A stretch of 64,000 nt of DNA from an uncultured Acidobacteriota bacterium (GCA_963805975.1 CAWDVR010000002.1:320001-384000); one strand, 5' to 3'. Shown: positions 34,250 through 44,526, numbered from the stretch's first letter. The notes: a model not told the origin generated them from the sequence alone. Numbers and translations: made by a program.

Positions 34250-36874
34250 CTACCCCTTGGCCTCGTACCAGCTCCGGCCCGCCGCGGCGTCGGCGACCAG
34301 GGGGACGGTGAGCTCCGCCACGCCCTCCATCTGCGCCTTGACGAGCTCGCCGACCCGGCCGGCGTCGGCCTCGGGCACCTCGAGCACCAGCTCGTCGTGC
34401 ACGGTGAGGAGCAGCCGCGAGCCCGGGTGGTCGGCGCGCAGCCGGCAGTCGACGGCGATCATCGCCTTCTTCATCAGGTCCGCGGCCGTGCCCTGGATGC
34501 GGGCGTTGATCGCCACCCGGCGGGAGTTCTCGCGCAGGTTCCAGTTGGGCGAGTTGATGTCCGGCAGGTAGCGCACCCGGCCGTAGAGGGTCTCGACCTT
34601 GCCCTCGCGCCTGGCGCTGGCCTCGGTCTCCTCCACGTAGCGCCGCACGCCGGGGTAGCGGTCGAGATAGGCGCGGATGAACTTCTCCGCTTCCTTCGGC
34701 GAGATGCCGCCCAGGTTCTGCGCCAGGCCGAAGCCGCTGATGCCGTAGACGATGCCGAAGTTGATCGTCTTGGCGGCGCGCCGCATCTCGGCGGAGACCA
34801 GGTCCGGCGCCACGCCGAAGACGGTGGCGGCGGTCGTGCGGTGGATGTCGTCGCCGCGGCGGAAGGCCTCGATCATCTCCTGCTCCTGGGCGATGTGGGC
34901 CAGGACCCGGAGCTCGATCTGACTGTAGTCGGCGACCAGCAGCAGCCTGCCGGCAGGTGCCACGAAGGCGCGGCGGATGCGCTGGCCGAGCTCGGTGCGG
35001 ATGGGGATGTTCTGCAGGTTGGGGTTGGCCGAGGAGAGGCGCCCGGTGGCCGCCACGGCCTGGTTGAAGCGGGTGTGGAGGCGGCCGTCCTTACCGACCA
35101 GCGAGGGCAGAGCGTCCACGTAGGTGCCCTTGAGCTTGGTCATCTCGCGGTAGCGCAGCAGCCGCTCCGGCAGCGGGTAGCCCTTGACCGCCAGCTCCTC
35201 GAGCACCTCGGCGCCGGTGGCGTAGCTCTTCGTCTTCCGGGTCTTCTTGCCCGCCGGGTATCCCAGCTTCTCGAACAGGATCGTCCCGAGCTGCTGCGGC
35301 GAGTTGATGTTGAACGGCTCGCCCGCCAGGTCGTGGATCTCGCTCTCGAGGCGCGCCAGGTCGGCGGCGAGCTCGCGAGACATGCCGGCGAGGAACTCCA
35401 CGTCGAGGAGGATGCCCGCCTCCTCCAGGCCCAGAAGCACCGGGACGAGGGGCAGCTCGAGGTCGCGGTAGATGGCCGCGAGCGGCCCCGCACCGAGGTC
35501 GCTCTCGAGCATCGGCAGGAGACGCCGCACCAGGCTCACCCGCTCGCCCGCGAAGGCGAGGAGCCCCGCGCCTCCCAGCGGCGGCTCCTCGCCGCGGTTC
35601 CAGCCCGCGTCCTTGGGCCGCAGAGGGTTTGCCTGCAGGCGGTCGGCGGCGATCTCCTCCAGGCTGTGGCCGTGGGCCGGCCGCAGCACGTAGGAGAGCA
35701 GCATCAGGTCCGCGAGGTGCGGCCAGCACTCGTCCGCGCCGCGCGGTGAGAGGCGGAGCGCCTCCTTGAGATCGTGGCCGGCCAGCCTGCCCCGGGGCTC
35801 GCGGAGGGCGGACTCGAGGCTGGCAACCGCCGCCTCCCGCATGCCGGGGCGGCGGAAATCGGCATAGAAGACCGGGCCTTCCGCCCCGGCCGCGGCCAGG
35901 CCCAGCGGCTCGCCCTCGCCCAGGGCGGCGACGAAGCGGTCGCCCAGAGCTGCCATGGCCCGCTCCCACTCCTCCGGGGTCTCGATCTCGCGCGCCGGCT
36001 CCTCGCCCTGGGTGGCAGCCGGGGCCGCTCCCAGCTCTTCGAGCAGGCTCTTGAGCTCGAGCTCCGCGTAGAGGAGGCGCAGGGCGTCGGTGTCCGGCGG
36101 GTCGAGGTGCAGGGCCGCCACGTCGAGCTCGAGCGGCAGGTCGGTGTAGATGGTCACCAGCTCGCGCGACAGCTCGGCCTGGTCGCGGTGCTGAATGAGA
36201 CCCTCGCGGTACGCCTTGCGCGGCACCTCCTGGGCGCGCTCGAGCAGGGCGTCGAGCGAGCCGTATTCCTGGATCAGGCCCTTGGCGCCTTTCTCGCCGA
36301 TGCCCGGCACGCCGGGCACGTTGTCCGAGGCGTCGCCCATCAGCGCCAACACGTCGACCACCTTCTCGGGCGGCACGCCGAAGTCCTCGGTGACGCCGGC
36401 CGCGTCGTAGAGCTTGTCGCGGCCCGTGTGGTACAGCGAGATCCCCGGCCCCACGAGCTGCATCAGATCCTTGTCGGCGGACACCAGCACCACCTCGTAG
36501 CCGGCCGCGGCTGCCTTCTTCGCCAGCGTGCCGAGCACATCGTCCGCCTCGTAGCTCTCCTGCTCGAGGATCGGGATGCCGAAGGCCTCGATCACCGCAC
36601 GGATGGCCGGGATCTGCACCCTGAGGTCGTCGGGCATCGGCGCCCGGTTGGCCTTGTACTCGGCGAACCGTTCGCTCCTCACCGTGCGGCGCGACACGTC
36701 GAGCGCCACGCCCACCAGCTCGGGCGTGTGGTCGCGCAACAGCTTGCGCAGGATCTGGATGAAGCCGAAGACCGCGTTGGTGGGCGTGCCCTTCGAGCTC
36801 GACAGGTTCCGGATCGCGTAGAAGGCGCGGAAGATGTTCGAGTAGCCGTCGATCAAGAACAGTCGCTGGGGCAT
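34250..36874 (-). CDS. polA: DNA polymerase I
   Basis: 5' nuclease domain (LIDG, YEADD, GDASDNVPGV); polymerase motifs DYSQIELR, KTINFGIVYG, VHDELV. Confidence 0.98.
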   Translation of the reverse strand: MPQRLFLIDGYSNIFRAFYAIRNLSSSKGTPTNAVFGFIQILRKLLRDHTPELVGVALDVSRRTVRSERFAEYKANRAPMPDDLRVQIPAIRAVIEAFGIPILEQESYEADDVLGTLAKKAAAAGYEVVLVSADKDLMQLVGPGISLYHTGRDKLYDAAGVTEDFGVPPEKVVDVLALMGDASDNVPGVPGIGEKGAKGLIQEYGSLDALLERAQEVPRKAYREGLIQHRDQAELSRELVTIYTDLPLELDVAALHLDPPDTDALRLLYAELELKSLLEELGAAPAATQGEEPAREIETPEEWERAMAALGDRFVAALGEGEPLGLAAAGAEGPVFYADFRRPGMREAAVASLESALREPRGRLAGHDLKEALRLSPRGADECWPHLADLMLLSYVLRPAHGHSLEEIAADRLQANPLRPKDAGWNRGEEPPLGGAGLLAFAGERVSLVRRLLPMLESDLGAGPLAAIYRDLELPLVPVLLGLEEAGILLDVEFLAGMSRELAADLARLESEIHDLAGEPFNINSPQQLGTILFEKLGYPAGKKTRKTKSYATGAEVLEELAVKGYPLPERLLRYREMTKLKGTYVDALPSLVGKDGRLHTRFNQAVAATGRLSSANPNLQNIPIRTELGQRIRRAFVAPAGRLLLVADYSQIELRVLAHIAQEQEMIEAFRRGDDIHRTTAATVFGVAPDLVSAEMRRAAKTINFGIVYGISGFGLAQNLGGISPKEAEKFIRAYLDRYPGVRRYVEETEASARREGKVETLYGRVRYLPDINSPNWNLRENSRRVAINARIQGTAADLMKKAMIAVDCRLRADHPGSRLLLTVHDELVLEVPEADAGRVGELVKAQMEGVAELTVPLVADAAAGRSWYEAKG

Positions 36875-37140
36875 GAGGCGGCCATTCTAGCCCGTGCCCG
36901 GGCGAACCTTCCCGCATGCGACGAGCTGCCTGTCGAGCCGCCGATACCATCCTGACACCCTGCTGTTTCCTCAGGCTGTCCCCCTCAAAAGCTCACCTGA
37001 CACTACATCTGTTGATGTTAGTTTTTGGAAATTGGACTGTGTGGATCTTTAAAGTACAAGCTATTCTGCCTTCCGGATTAGAGACCTCCCCGGCCCGCGA
37101 GCGCCGGGCTTCGTCAACCGCCTGTTGAAAGGAGCACTCG

Positions 37141-37779
37141 ATGAAGAAGCGTAGTTGGCTGTTGTTCGCCGCGGTGGCCCTCGTGACCGCCGCCCTCTCC
37201 GTCACCCTGCTGCCGCCTCCCCAGGAAGCGGAAGCGCAGACCGGCTTCCACAGCTACGCCGCCAAGTTCGTCTGCGGGTGGAACCGTTCGAACGTCGGCT
37301 TCGTGGATCCCACCGTGGCCCCCGCGGGCGAGGCGACCGTCAAGCTCGGCAACTACGCCACCGAGGTCAACATCTTCAACCCGCAGCAGGTGAGCCAGGA
37401 CCTCAAGAAGCGCGTCGTGGTGCTCTATCGCAGCGACACCGTGTTCCCGCCGATCGGCCGCGAGCCCAACGCCATCCCCGAGACCGGCACCGATTCGATC
37501 ACCCTTCCCTTCTTCCACGGCACCATGGACGACTGCAACCGCATCTACCGGCTCGCCGGCATCCCGATCGTCAACCCGCCGGTTCTGGCGATCGGCTACC
37601 TGGTCATCCAGAGCCCGCTGGAGCTCGACGTGACCGCGGTCTACACCGCCGAGCTGTGCTCCGACAAGGGTGTCGGCGGCGGCCCCGCGAACCTCTGCAA
37701 CAACGTCACCGCGGGCACCAACTACAGCGTCTCGCTGTCGATCGACGTGGAGCAGATCGCCGGGAAGTTCATCCAGTAG
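37141..37779 (+). CDS. Exported hypothetical protein (YAAKFVCG family), paralog 1
   Basis: AAGGAG SD; signal peptide ending AEA; YAAKFVCG..VKLGNYATEVNIFNP..MDDCNRIY..LSIDVEQ. Confidence 0.85.
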   Translation: MKKRSWLLFAAVALVTAALSVTLLPPPQEAEAQTGFHSYAAKFVCGWNRSNVGFVDPTVAPAGEATVKLGNYATEVNIFNPQQVSQDLKKRVVVLYRSDTVFPPIGREPNAIPETGTDSITLPFFHGTMDDCNRIYRLAGIPIVNPPVLAIGYLVIQSPLELDVTAVYTAELCSDKGVGGGPANLCNNVTAGTNYSVSLSIDVEQIAGKFIQ

Positions 37780-37801
37780 CAGCAGCGCCCGCCTCGTTCA
37801 C

Positions 37802-37839
37802 AGAGAGCCCTCCGCCGCCCCCGCGCCGGAGGGCTCTCT
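37802..37839 (+). terminator. Intergenic stem-loop (terminator or stabiliser)
   Basis: AGAGAGCCCTCCG..CGGAGGGCTCTCT, a 13-bp stem with only a short T tail. Confidence 0.5.
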
Positions 37840-37866
37840 TCCACGGCTCGACCAAAGGAGCTCACC

Positions 37867-38523
37867 ATGAGAACCCGCCACTGGTTGCTGGTCGCCGCGG
37901 CGACTGCCACCGCCGCCGTCGCCGCCATCCTCTTCCTGCCGGCCGCGCCCCAGGCCGAGGCCCAGGACAAGGGCTTCGTCTACAGCTATGCCGCGAAGTT
38001 CGTCTGCGGCTTCAACTCTTCCAACCTCGGCGTCGGAAAGCCGGGAGAAAAGGGTGGCGAGGCCACGGTCAAGCTCGGCAACTACGCCACCGAGATCAAC
38101 ATCTACAACCCCAACAGCGACACCCATGTGCAGAAGAAGCTCGCGGTGCTCTACGACAGTTCGACCCACTACCCGCCGCAAGGCCGCGAGCCCAACGTGA
38201 TCGACGCGCGGGTCGTGGACGCCATCGGCCTCGGCAACAGCCAGGCCACCATGGACGACTGCAACCGCATCTATCAGCTCTTCTTCGGCGGCCTCCCGGG
38301 GGCGTCCCCGCCGCCGCTCCTCATCGGCTGGCTGGTGATCGAGTCCCAGGTGCCCCTCAACGTCACCGGGGTCTACACCGCCGAGCTGTGCAGCGACTGG
38401 TCCATCGACGGCCTGACGCGCGAGTGGGTCTGCCGCCAGAACGCCGACTTCGCCGACCGTCACTACGGCGTGGGCCTGTCGATCGACGTGGAAGAGGTGA
38501 CAGGGACGCGGATCGGGGGGTAG
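37867..38523 (+). CDS. Exported hypothetical protein (YAAKFVCG family), paralog 2
   Basis: AAGGAG SD; signal peptide; same motifs as paralog 1. Confidence 0.85.
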   Translation: MRTRHWLLVAAATATAAVAAILFLPAAPQAEAQDKGFVYSYAAKFVCGFNSSNLGVGKPGEKGGEATVKLGNYATEINIYNPNSDTHVQKKLAVLYDSSTHYPPQGREPNVIDARVVDAIGLGNSQATMDDCNRIYQLFFGGLPGASPPPLLIGWLVIESQVPLNVTGVYTAELCSDWSIDGLTREWVCRQNADFADRHYGVGLSIDVEEVTGTRIGG

Positions 38524-38550
38524 GGAGGAAGGTGTGCGGGCTCGTCGCCC

Positions 38551-38985
38551 TCAAGGCCACGGCGCGACGACCCGCACGCGCAGGATCGGCGCGAGGAGCG
38601 CGAAGTCATTCCGGTTCCGGGTGACGATCGTCGCGCCGATCTCGCGCGCACTCGCGGCGATCAGGATGTCGTTGGCAAACCGCCGCTGGGCGAGGCTCGC
38701 TTCGAGGCCTCCACGGCTGCGCAACCGACGATCCACCTCGGCGGCCCTCTCCCAGGTGGGCCGTGTCGGGGCGTGGAGGCGCCGCCTGGCGGCGAACGGC
38801 TCCACCAACCCGCGCCGCAGGGCCTCGGCCTTCTTGGGAGTCTGAGCGCCGACGAGAAGCTCGAAGAGCACCACGGCGCTCAGCACGATCCGCGGCAGCT
38901 CGGCCTCGTGGAAGGCGCGGAAGCCCTCCGCAAAAGCTGCGTCGTTGAAGCTGTCGATGTAGACGTTGGTGTCGAGGAGGAACAT
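38551..38985 (-). CDS. vapC: PIN-domain toxin (VapC-like)
   Basis: FLLDTNVYI, SAVVLFELL, NDILIAASA, VTRNRNDF. Confidence 0.9.
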   Translation of the reverse strand: MFLLDTNVYIDSFNDAAFAEGFRAFHEAELPRIVLSAVVLFELLVGAQTPKKAEALRRGLVEPFAARRRLHAPTRPTWERAAEVDRRLRSRGGLEASLAQRRFANDILIAASAREIGATIVTRNRNDFALLAPILRVRVVAPWP

Positions 38986-39248
38986 CAGCCGCCGCCGGGA
39001 CGCTCCCCGCTGAAGCGATCGGCGAAACCACCCCGGCCGAGCAGCGAATCCATGCCGCTCCGGACCTCCTGCTGAAAGGCCGCGAAGTCCTCGGCGAGGT
39101 CCAGCGCCCGGTCGATGGCTTCGGTTTCCGTGGCGACCCCGAACGCCTGCTTCGCACGATCGATCTTGCCCTGATCCACGAAGAGGTTCTTGCGCCGGCG
39201 TGCGGATGGGCTCAGCTTCCGGCGGTGTGGATCGAGCGTGAGGGTCAT
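38985..39248 (-). CDS. VapB-like antitoxin
   Basis: GGAGG SD with ATG 39248; RHH-like RKNLFVDQGKIDRAKQAFGVATETEAIDRAL; TGATG overlap with the toxin gene. Confidence 0.75.
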   Translation of the reverse strand: MTLTLDPHRRKLSPSARRRKNLFVDQGKIDRAKQAFGVATETEAIDRALDLAEDFAAFQQEVRSGMDSLLGRGGFADRFSGERPGGG

Positions 39249-39268
39249 GCCGACCTCCAGTGTCCTGG

Positions 39269-39297
39269 ATCTGTATCTATCACAGAGGCATCTGTAT
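39269..39297. promoter_or_regulatory. Putative TA operator
   Basis: Inverted repeat TCTGT-N7-ACAGA plus direct repeat ATCTGTAT x2, just upstream of the antitoxin gene. Confidence 0.4.
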
Positions 39298-39355
39298 GGC
39301 GCAAGAGGCGGAGCTCCCACCGCGGCTCCCGGCGGCGGTGGGGGTTGCTCTCGGC

Positions 39356-40372
39356 TCAGGAGGGAGGCTGGAAGAGCATCGGCCCGCAGATCACGCGGTT
39401 GAGGCCGCCGATCACGACGGGCGGCACAAGGGCCGCGCCCGCCACGGCTGGCAGCCGGCTCACCTCCCCGACGACACACGGGAGCGGGTAGTCCTTCTCG
39501 ACATCCCATTGCGCCACCGTCACCTCTCCGCAGTAGGGTCCTTTCAGCGTCTGCGCTCGCCGCTCCCGCAAGTCGAAGAAGCTAAAGAAGTGCCCGTTCC
39601 CAGCCTGTTGGCTGCAGGTCGCCTCACCAACCACGGGCATGTAGTTCCCGATGAGGACGTCGATACTCCGTGACCTTCCCCTGGGGTAGAGCGTCAAAGG
39701 ATCGTCGCAGTCATTGGGATCGCTCAGCGAGCACAACGTGAACTCGACCGGGCCGTTGTTGCTCTGCAACGGGATCTCCAGCAGGACCAGGTCCGCGACC
39801 GCCTGCTTGAGGCCGAAGACCAGCCAGTCATCACGGTCCGCCTTGAAGCTCATCGCGTGGATTACGGTTTCCTCGTCGTCTTCGAAATCCGCAACGCTGT
39901 AGACGCTGGCATCGATCTGGCCGTCGATGAAGACGACGCTCTTCAGGTCGCCGAGGTCTCCCTGACCCAGGAAGTTCTTCCTGATCGCGCCCGTGGTCGT
40001 GGAAAGGAGGCTCATCGTGGGCACCCACGAGAAGTCCGGGAGAGTGGCTGCTGTCGGGACGACTCCGGTGAAGGTGTTGCTCGCCTCGACGTTGGCGATC
40101 TCTCGGGGTGTCCATTCGCCATCCTCCTTGATGCCTTCCAGGCCTACTCTCTTCCCGTCGAGGCTCAGCTGGTCGATCGTGCATGCATTCAGCTCCGCGT
40201 CGTCGTCCTCCAACGAGCGGATTTGAATCAGGTTCTTCCTCTCATAAACCAGCCACGGCGCATGGTGGGTTGCTTCCGGCAACGACACCACGAGCTCGAT
40301 GTTGTTGCCATCCATCGTGACGTTCGGCACCAGGGCCGCGTAGCCCATGATGAACAGCCGCAAGGTCGCCAT
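39356..40372 (-). CDS. Hypothetical 338-aa beta-rich protein co-transcribed with the CHAT protease
   Basis: AGGAGG SD with ATG 40372, 35 nt after the CHAT stop; acidic, several Cys, no signal peptide. Confidence 0.75.
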   Translation of the reverse strand: MATLRLFIMGYAALVPNVTMDGNNIELVVSLPEATHHAPWLVYERKNLIQIRSLEDDDAELNACTIDQLSLDGKRVGLEGIKEDGEWTPREIANVEASNTFTGVVPTAATLPDFSWVPTMSLLSTTTGAIRKNFLGQGDLGDLKSVVFIDGQIDASVYSVADFEDDEETVIHAMSFKADRDDWLVFGLKQAVADLVLLEIPLQSNNGPVEFTLCSLSDPNDCDDPLTLYPRGRSRSIDVLIGNYMPVVGEATCSQQAGNGHFFSFFDLRERRAQTLKGPYCGEVTVAQWDVEKDYPLPCVVGEVSRLPAVAGAALVPPVVIGGLNRVICGPMLFQPPS

Positions 40373-40407
40373 CGCATCCCTCCTGCCAATAGAAAGCTGC
40401 CTGACCG

Positions 40408-43400
40408 TCAGGCCGCGAGAAGTTGATAGCCGCTCCACGAGCGGACCCGGGAGAGGTCCCGGTCCCGCGATGCGATGCTTCGCCTCTGGGCCTCGGCCAG
40501 CGCCAGCGCGGGATCTCGGTTCTTCGAGAACGCCTCGTGGAACTCGATCGCCAGCCGGGATGCCGCCGAGTCCTCGACCTCCCACAGGGTCGCCACCACG
40601 TGCGGCACGCCCGCGCGCAGGAAGGCGAGCGCGAGGCTCAGGCTGCCTTCCGAGCGCGACAGGCGGCCGGCGGAACCACCACAGGCGTTGAGGAACACCA
40701 AACCGGGCATGGGTCCCCGGAGCCGCGAGATCTCGGCGGCGTAGACCAGGCCTGTCTCGCTGTCCCTCCCGGGCGCGAGCAGGAGGCGTGCGTGGTCAGA
40801 GCGCGAGCGGGCGGGAAGCACATGGGCGGCGACATGGGCGAGCTCGTGGCTGCCCAGCCCGACGGTGAAAGCCTCGGGAGTCGCGAGAGCGCCGGTCAGG
40901 ACCGTGGCACCGGGATAGACGTCACCGACCTGACGGGCCTCCCGTTCGGCGGCGGGCAACGAGCCGAGACCGGGCGTGAGAGCAGGGTCGAAGCTCGGGT
41001 CGCCGACTGCCAGAAGCCTCGGGCGGGCAGTCACCGGGCGGCTCCCGAGGCTGGCCAGGCTCGCAAGATAGAGACGGGAGCTGGGCGCGACGACCAGGCT
41101 CGTAGCCGCTACCAGGTAGTCCGAGGACCGCGAAAGCCAGAGCGCCGCGAAAGGCAGCTCGTGGAGACAGCCATCCGGCACGACGATCGTCACCTCCGAG
41201 GGAGGAAGGAGGGTGGTGTCGGTCCCCAACAGGACCCCGGACAGCTCTACCCCGAGACTGCGGATCTCGGTCTCGTCGTCGCGGTCGATCGCCAGGCGAA
41301 ATGCCGCCACGCGTTCGCAGAGCTCGGACTCTCCCATCTCGCGGATCGCGAAGCTCGTATGCTCGCGGCTCAGGCTCCACACCAGCGTCTTGGCGGGAAA
41401 GACTGCGTACTCCAGCAGGGCAGCACGAGCGGGCAGACGAGCGGCGACCTGGCGGAGACCCAAGCTGGCGAGCGATGCCGGCAGGCCATTCTTCGCACCC
41501 AGCAGATCCTCGGTGACCTGCGCCCGCCCGTCCTCGACGATCCGGAAGGCGCTCTCGGCATCGCCGCCCCTCTCAGCCTCCAGGAGGGCCAGCTCATCGT
41601 AGATATCGACGACGCGATCCAGAAAAGACACTCTCTCCTCGGCAGCCACCGCATACCGCTGCGTCTCGACCTCGGCGACCGCTTCTCGGAGCGTCCTCGC
41701 CTGTTCCTCTTTTCGCCCTGCGGCACCGAGAGCTCGAGCCAGCTCGAGGTAGGTCTCGGGCAGCTGCGGCCCGTACCTCGTGTGCCGGTAGGATTCGACC
41801 GCCGCCGAGAGGCGATCAGCGGCCCTGGTCGGGTCGGAGCGCCCGAGGATCTCTCCTTCGACTCTGGAGAGGTCTGCGAGAAAGTTCAGGCGAGACTCTT
41901 CGTCGTGGATGGCTGCGGCGTTATGGCGAGCCGTCGCTACGTCGGCCAGGGCCTCGTCGTCCAGCCCTGCCCTATGTCGCAGAGATGCCCGCCACATCGA
42001 GGCTGCGGCGACCGCCGTGGGCTGGCCGGCCTGCTCGGCCTCGCGCACGGCAGCGTCCTGGAAGTAGAGAGCGACGCGCGGGTGACCATTGCCCGAGGCG
42101 GCAATGCCGGCTCCTTCGAGGAGGAGCTGACGGCGGCGCGACTCCTGGACCGCACCCAGTCTGCGTATCGCCTCGTAGGCTTCCAGCCAAGCCGCCTGCG
42201 GATCGCCGATGATGTGGTAGTACTCGAAGAGTCCCTGATGTGCAGCGGCGATCCCCTCCTCGTCACGAACAGCTTCCGCAATCCGCAATGCGGATCGATA
42301 GCTCCCCAGAGCGTGGTCGTAGTCTGCCTGGACGAATGCGAGGAGGCCCTCGAGCAGGAGGGCAGAGGCCAGGGAGTGCTTGTAGCACTTTTCTCTCGCG
42401 GTTCCGGTGACAGGGCGCAGGCGCGTCGCCGCCTTACCGTAGGCACCCATTCGAAACGAACAGAGCGCCAGGTGACGTTCGGCTTCGAGAGCCAGAGGGC
42501 TGCCCTGGCGCCGGAGCAGGCGCGCCGCGAGTCGGAGTGAGCTCTCGGCCGCGGCCACCTCGTAGCGATCGAGCTTGCGGAGCCCCGCGAGCAGGTGCTC
42601 GTGGCCTTCCGCCAGAGCGATGAGCGGACCTGGGCCGTCGCTCGAGGTCCCGAGGTTCTCGATCGCGTCGAGAGCCTCCACCAGCAGTCCATCACCCGTG
42701 GCGCGACGAACCGCCGTGGCCAGGGTTCGCGCGGAACGCAGACTTCGTGCGGCCTCGCTCGAATCTCGGCGCAGGACTGCTGCGGCCCAGCCACCGAAGA
42801 GATCCTCCAAGAGGAGCCGCCGAACCCCGGTCGTCCCTGTCGCTTTGTCTGCTGCCGTGAGCTCCAGCTTTTCTTTCGGGAGCCGCCTCCAATCCGGGTC
42901 CGGCTCACGGCTCAGACAGAGGCGCCACGCTTCCGGCTCCTCCCAGACGATCGATGAGCGGCCCATGGCCAGCGCCCGATTGCAGGCGGCGGCCCCGCCT
43001 CCATCCCTGGCGATGGCGTTCTCCGCGGCTGCGAGCCCCGAGAGGTAACCGAGCGGGTCCCCTCTCCGATCGCCTTGCTCCAGATACGCTGCCGCCAGGT
43101 TGCTCCACCACACCCCAGCGTCCGGCTCTTTTTCCGTCGCCTCTTCCAGCAGGGCCACGGCGCCTGGGATGTCGGCCCGGAGAAGGTTGACCAGCGCGGC
43201 GGCATTGAGGTGCTCGCCAGTCCGTTCCCGATTGAGGTCCGCGTCGATCCTGCGTGCTGCCGCGACGCAGCCTGGGCACGCCAAGTCGTACCTCTTCCCG
43301 GGCTCGTAGGGAGCGTACTCGAGGCCCACGAGGCGGCCTTCGGTGGGGCGCACGGGACCAAGAGCTGCGAGCAGATCCTCTAGCGGTGGTCGGCTCGGGG

Positions 43401-43524
43401 GATGGTGGTCGACCGAAATGAGCGCGAGCATCGTGGCGGCAAAGCCCGCGACGCCTAGAGCCGCCGCTATGCCAGCCTGAGACCGCACCCTAGACCCAAC
43501 TCGTCGCTCAGACCCGAGACCCAC
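40408..43524 (-). CDS. Membrane-anchored TPR-CHAT (caspase-HetF-like) protease
   Basis: N-terminal hydrophobic helix, TPR helices, IVVPDGCLHELPFAAL, LPAAEREA, His motif HVAAH, Cys motif VFLNAC, FLRAGVPHVVATLWEVED. Confidence 0.9.
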   Translation of the reverse strand: MGLGSERRVGSRVRSQAGIAAALGVAGFAATMLALISVDHHPPSRPPLEDLLAALGPVRPTEGRLVGLEYAPYEPGKRYDLACPGCVAAARRIDADLNRERTGEHLNAAALVNLLRADIPGAVALLEEATEKEPDAGVWWSNLAAAYLEQGDRRGDPLGYLSGLAAAENAIARDGGGAAACNRALAMGRSSIVWEEPEAWRLCLSREPDPDWRRLPKEKLELTAADKATGTTGVRRLLLEDLFGGWAAAVLRRDSSEAARSLRSARTLATAVRRATGDGLLVEALDAIENLGTSSDGPGPLIALAEGHEHLLAGLRKLDRYEVAAAESSLRLAARLLRRQGSPLALEAERHLALCSFRMGAYGKAATRLRPVTGTAREKCYKHSLASALLLEGLLAFVQADYDHALGSYRSALRIAEAVRDEEGIAAAHQGLFEYYHIIGDPQAAWLEAYEAIRRLGAVQESRRRQLLLEGAGIAASGNGHPRVALYFQDAAVREAEQAGQPTAVAAASMWRASLRHRAGLDDEALADVATARHNAAAIHDEESRLNFLADLSRVEGEILGRSDPTRAADRLSAAVESYRHTRYGPQLPETYLELARALGAAGRKEEQARTLREAVAEVETQRYAVAAEERVSFLDRVVDIYDELALLEAERGGDAESAFRIVEDGRAQVTEDLLGAKNGLPASLASLGLRQVAARLPARAALLEYAVFPAKTLVWSLSREHTSFAIREMGESELCERVAAFRLAIDRDDETEIRSLGVELSGVLLGTDTTLLPPSEVTIVVPDGCLHELPFAALWLSRSSDYLVAATSLVVAPSSRLYLASLASLGSRPVTARPRLLAVGDPSFDPALTPGLGSLPAAEREARQVGDVYPGATVLTGALATPEAFTVGLGSHELAHVAAHVLPARSRSDHARLLLAPGRDSETGLVYAAEISRLRGPMPGLVFLNACGGSAGRLSRSEGSLSLALAFLRAGVPHVVATLWEVEDSAASRLAIEFHEAFSKNRDPALALAEAQRRSIASRDRDLSRVRSWSGYQLLAA

Positions 43525-43719
43525 CCGATGGGGCTCTGAGCCCCGTCACCGTCGCAGGCGCCGTCTTGGCGCCAGGTTAGTTGCAAGATTGACATATGCT
43601 ACCAACCCTGTGACTCCGAAATGGTCGCTGTGGGCCGAGGCCGAGCCAGGAGAGGATTTGGCGCATCCTAGCCCGTTTAGACGGACACCGCCTTCCGCTT
43701 TCCGCCGGAGGCCCAGGCC

Positions 43720-44526
43720 TTGAGCACCGCCCGGCCGGGTGGCGGTCTGCCGCCCAAGACCCCTGAACAGCTTTTCCTGGAGCACCTGCCGCTGGTCGAG
43801 CGCGCGGCGCGGCATGCCTGTTGCCGCTACCACTTCTCGCCGCAGGAGGCCGAGGACTTTCTGTCCGAGGTGAAGCTGAAGCTGATCGACAACGGCTACG
43901 CGGTGCTGCGGAAGTTCGCCCACGGCAGCTCGCTCGGCACGTTCCTCGCCACGGTGGTCCACAATTTCGCCAAGGACTTCGCGAACCATCTGTGGGGCAA
44001 GTGGCGGCCCTGCGCCGAGGCTACGCGGCTCGGCCCGGACGCCGTGCTGCTCGACCGGCTGCTGACCCGCGAGGGGCTGACGCTCGCCGAGGCCACCGCG
44101 ACCATGGTGCACAACTTCAAGGTGGGGCTCACCCCGGCCGCCATCGCCGAGGTCGCCCTGCGGCTGCCGGCCCGCGCGCCCCGCGTCCAGGTGGGAGAAG
44201 AGGCGCTGGGCGCAGAGCCCAGCCGGGAGAGCTCCGGGGTGGACCTCCTCCTGGCAACGGACCGGGCCCGGCTGTTGGACCGTGCGCTGGCCGGATTGCG
44301 GGTCGAGCTTGCGAAGCTGCCGACCGAGGACCGTCTCATTCTGCGGTCCTGGAGCGAAGGGCGGAAGGTCGCGCAGATCGCGCGAACGCTCCGCTGCGAT
44401 CAAAAGCCCCTGTATCCCAGGATCGCCAAGATTTGCGCCAAGCTCAAGGCCGGCCTCCTCGCGCTGGGGATCGGCGAGGCGGAGGTGCGCGAATTGCTAC
44501 GACTGGACGAGGCGGATGGGCGATGA
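43720..44526 (+). CDS. ECF-like RNA polymerase sigma factor
   Basis: Region-2-like FLEHLPLVER..EAEDFLSEV.LKL..SSLGTFL; region-4-like LPTEDRLILR..EGRKVAQIARTL. Confidence 0.8.
   Translation: MSTARPGGGLPPKTPEQLFLEHLPLVERAARHACCRYHFSPQEAEDFLSEVKLKLIDNGYAVLRKFAHGSSLGTFLATVVHNFAKDFANHLWGKWRPCAEATRLGPDAVLLDRLLTREGLTLAEATATMVHNFKVGLTPAAIAEVALRLPARAPRVQVGEEALGAEPSRESSGVDLLLATDRARLLDRALAGLRVELAKLPTEDRLILRSWSEGRKVAQIARTLRCDQKPLYPRIAKICAKLKAGLLALGIGEAEVRELLRLDEADGR

Noticed and set aside
35450-36000. Degenerate 3'-5' exonuclease domain of PolA
   Set aside because: Loss of proofreading motifs is common among bacterial Pol I enzymes.
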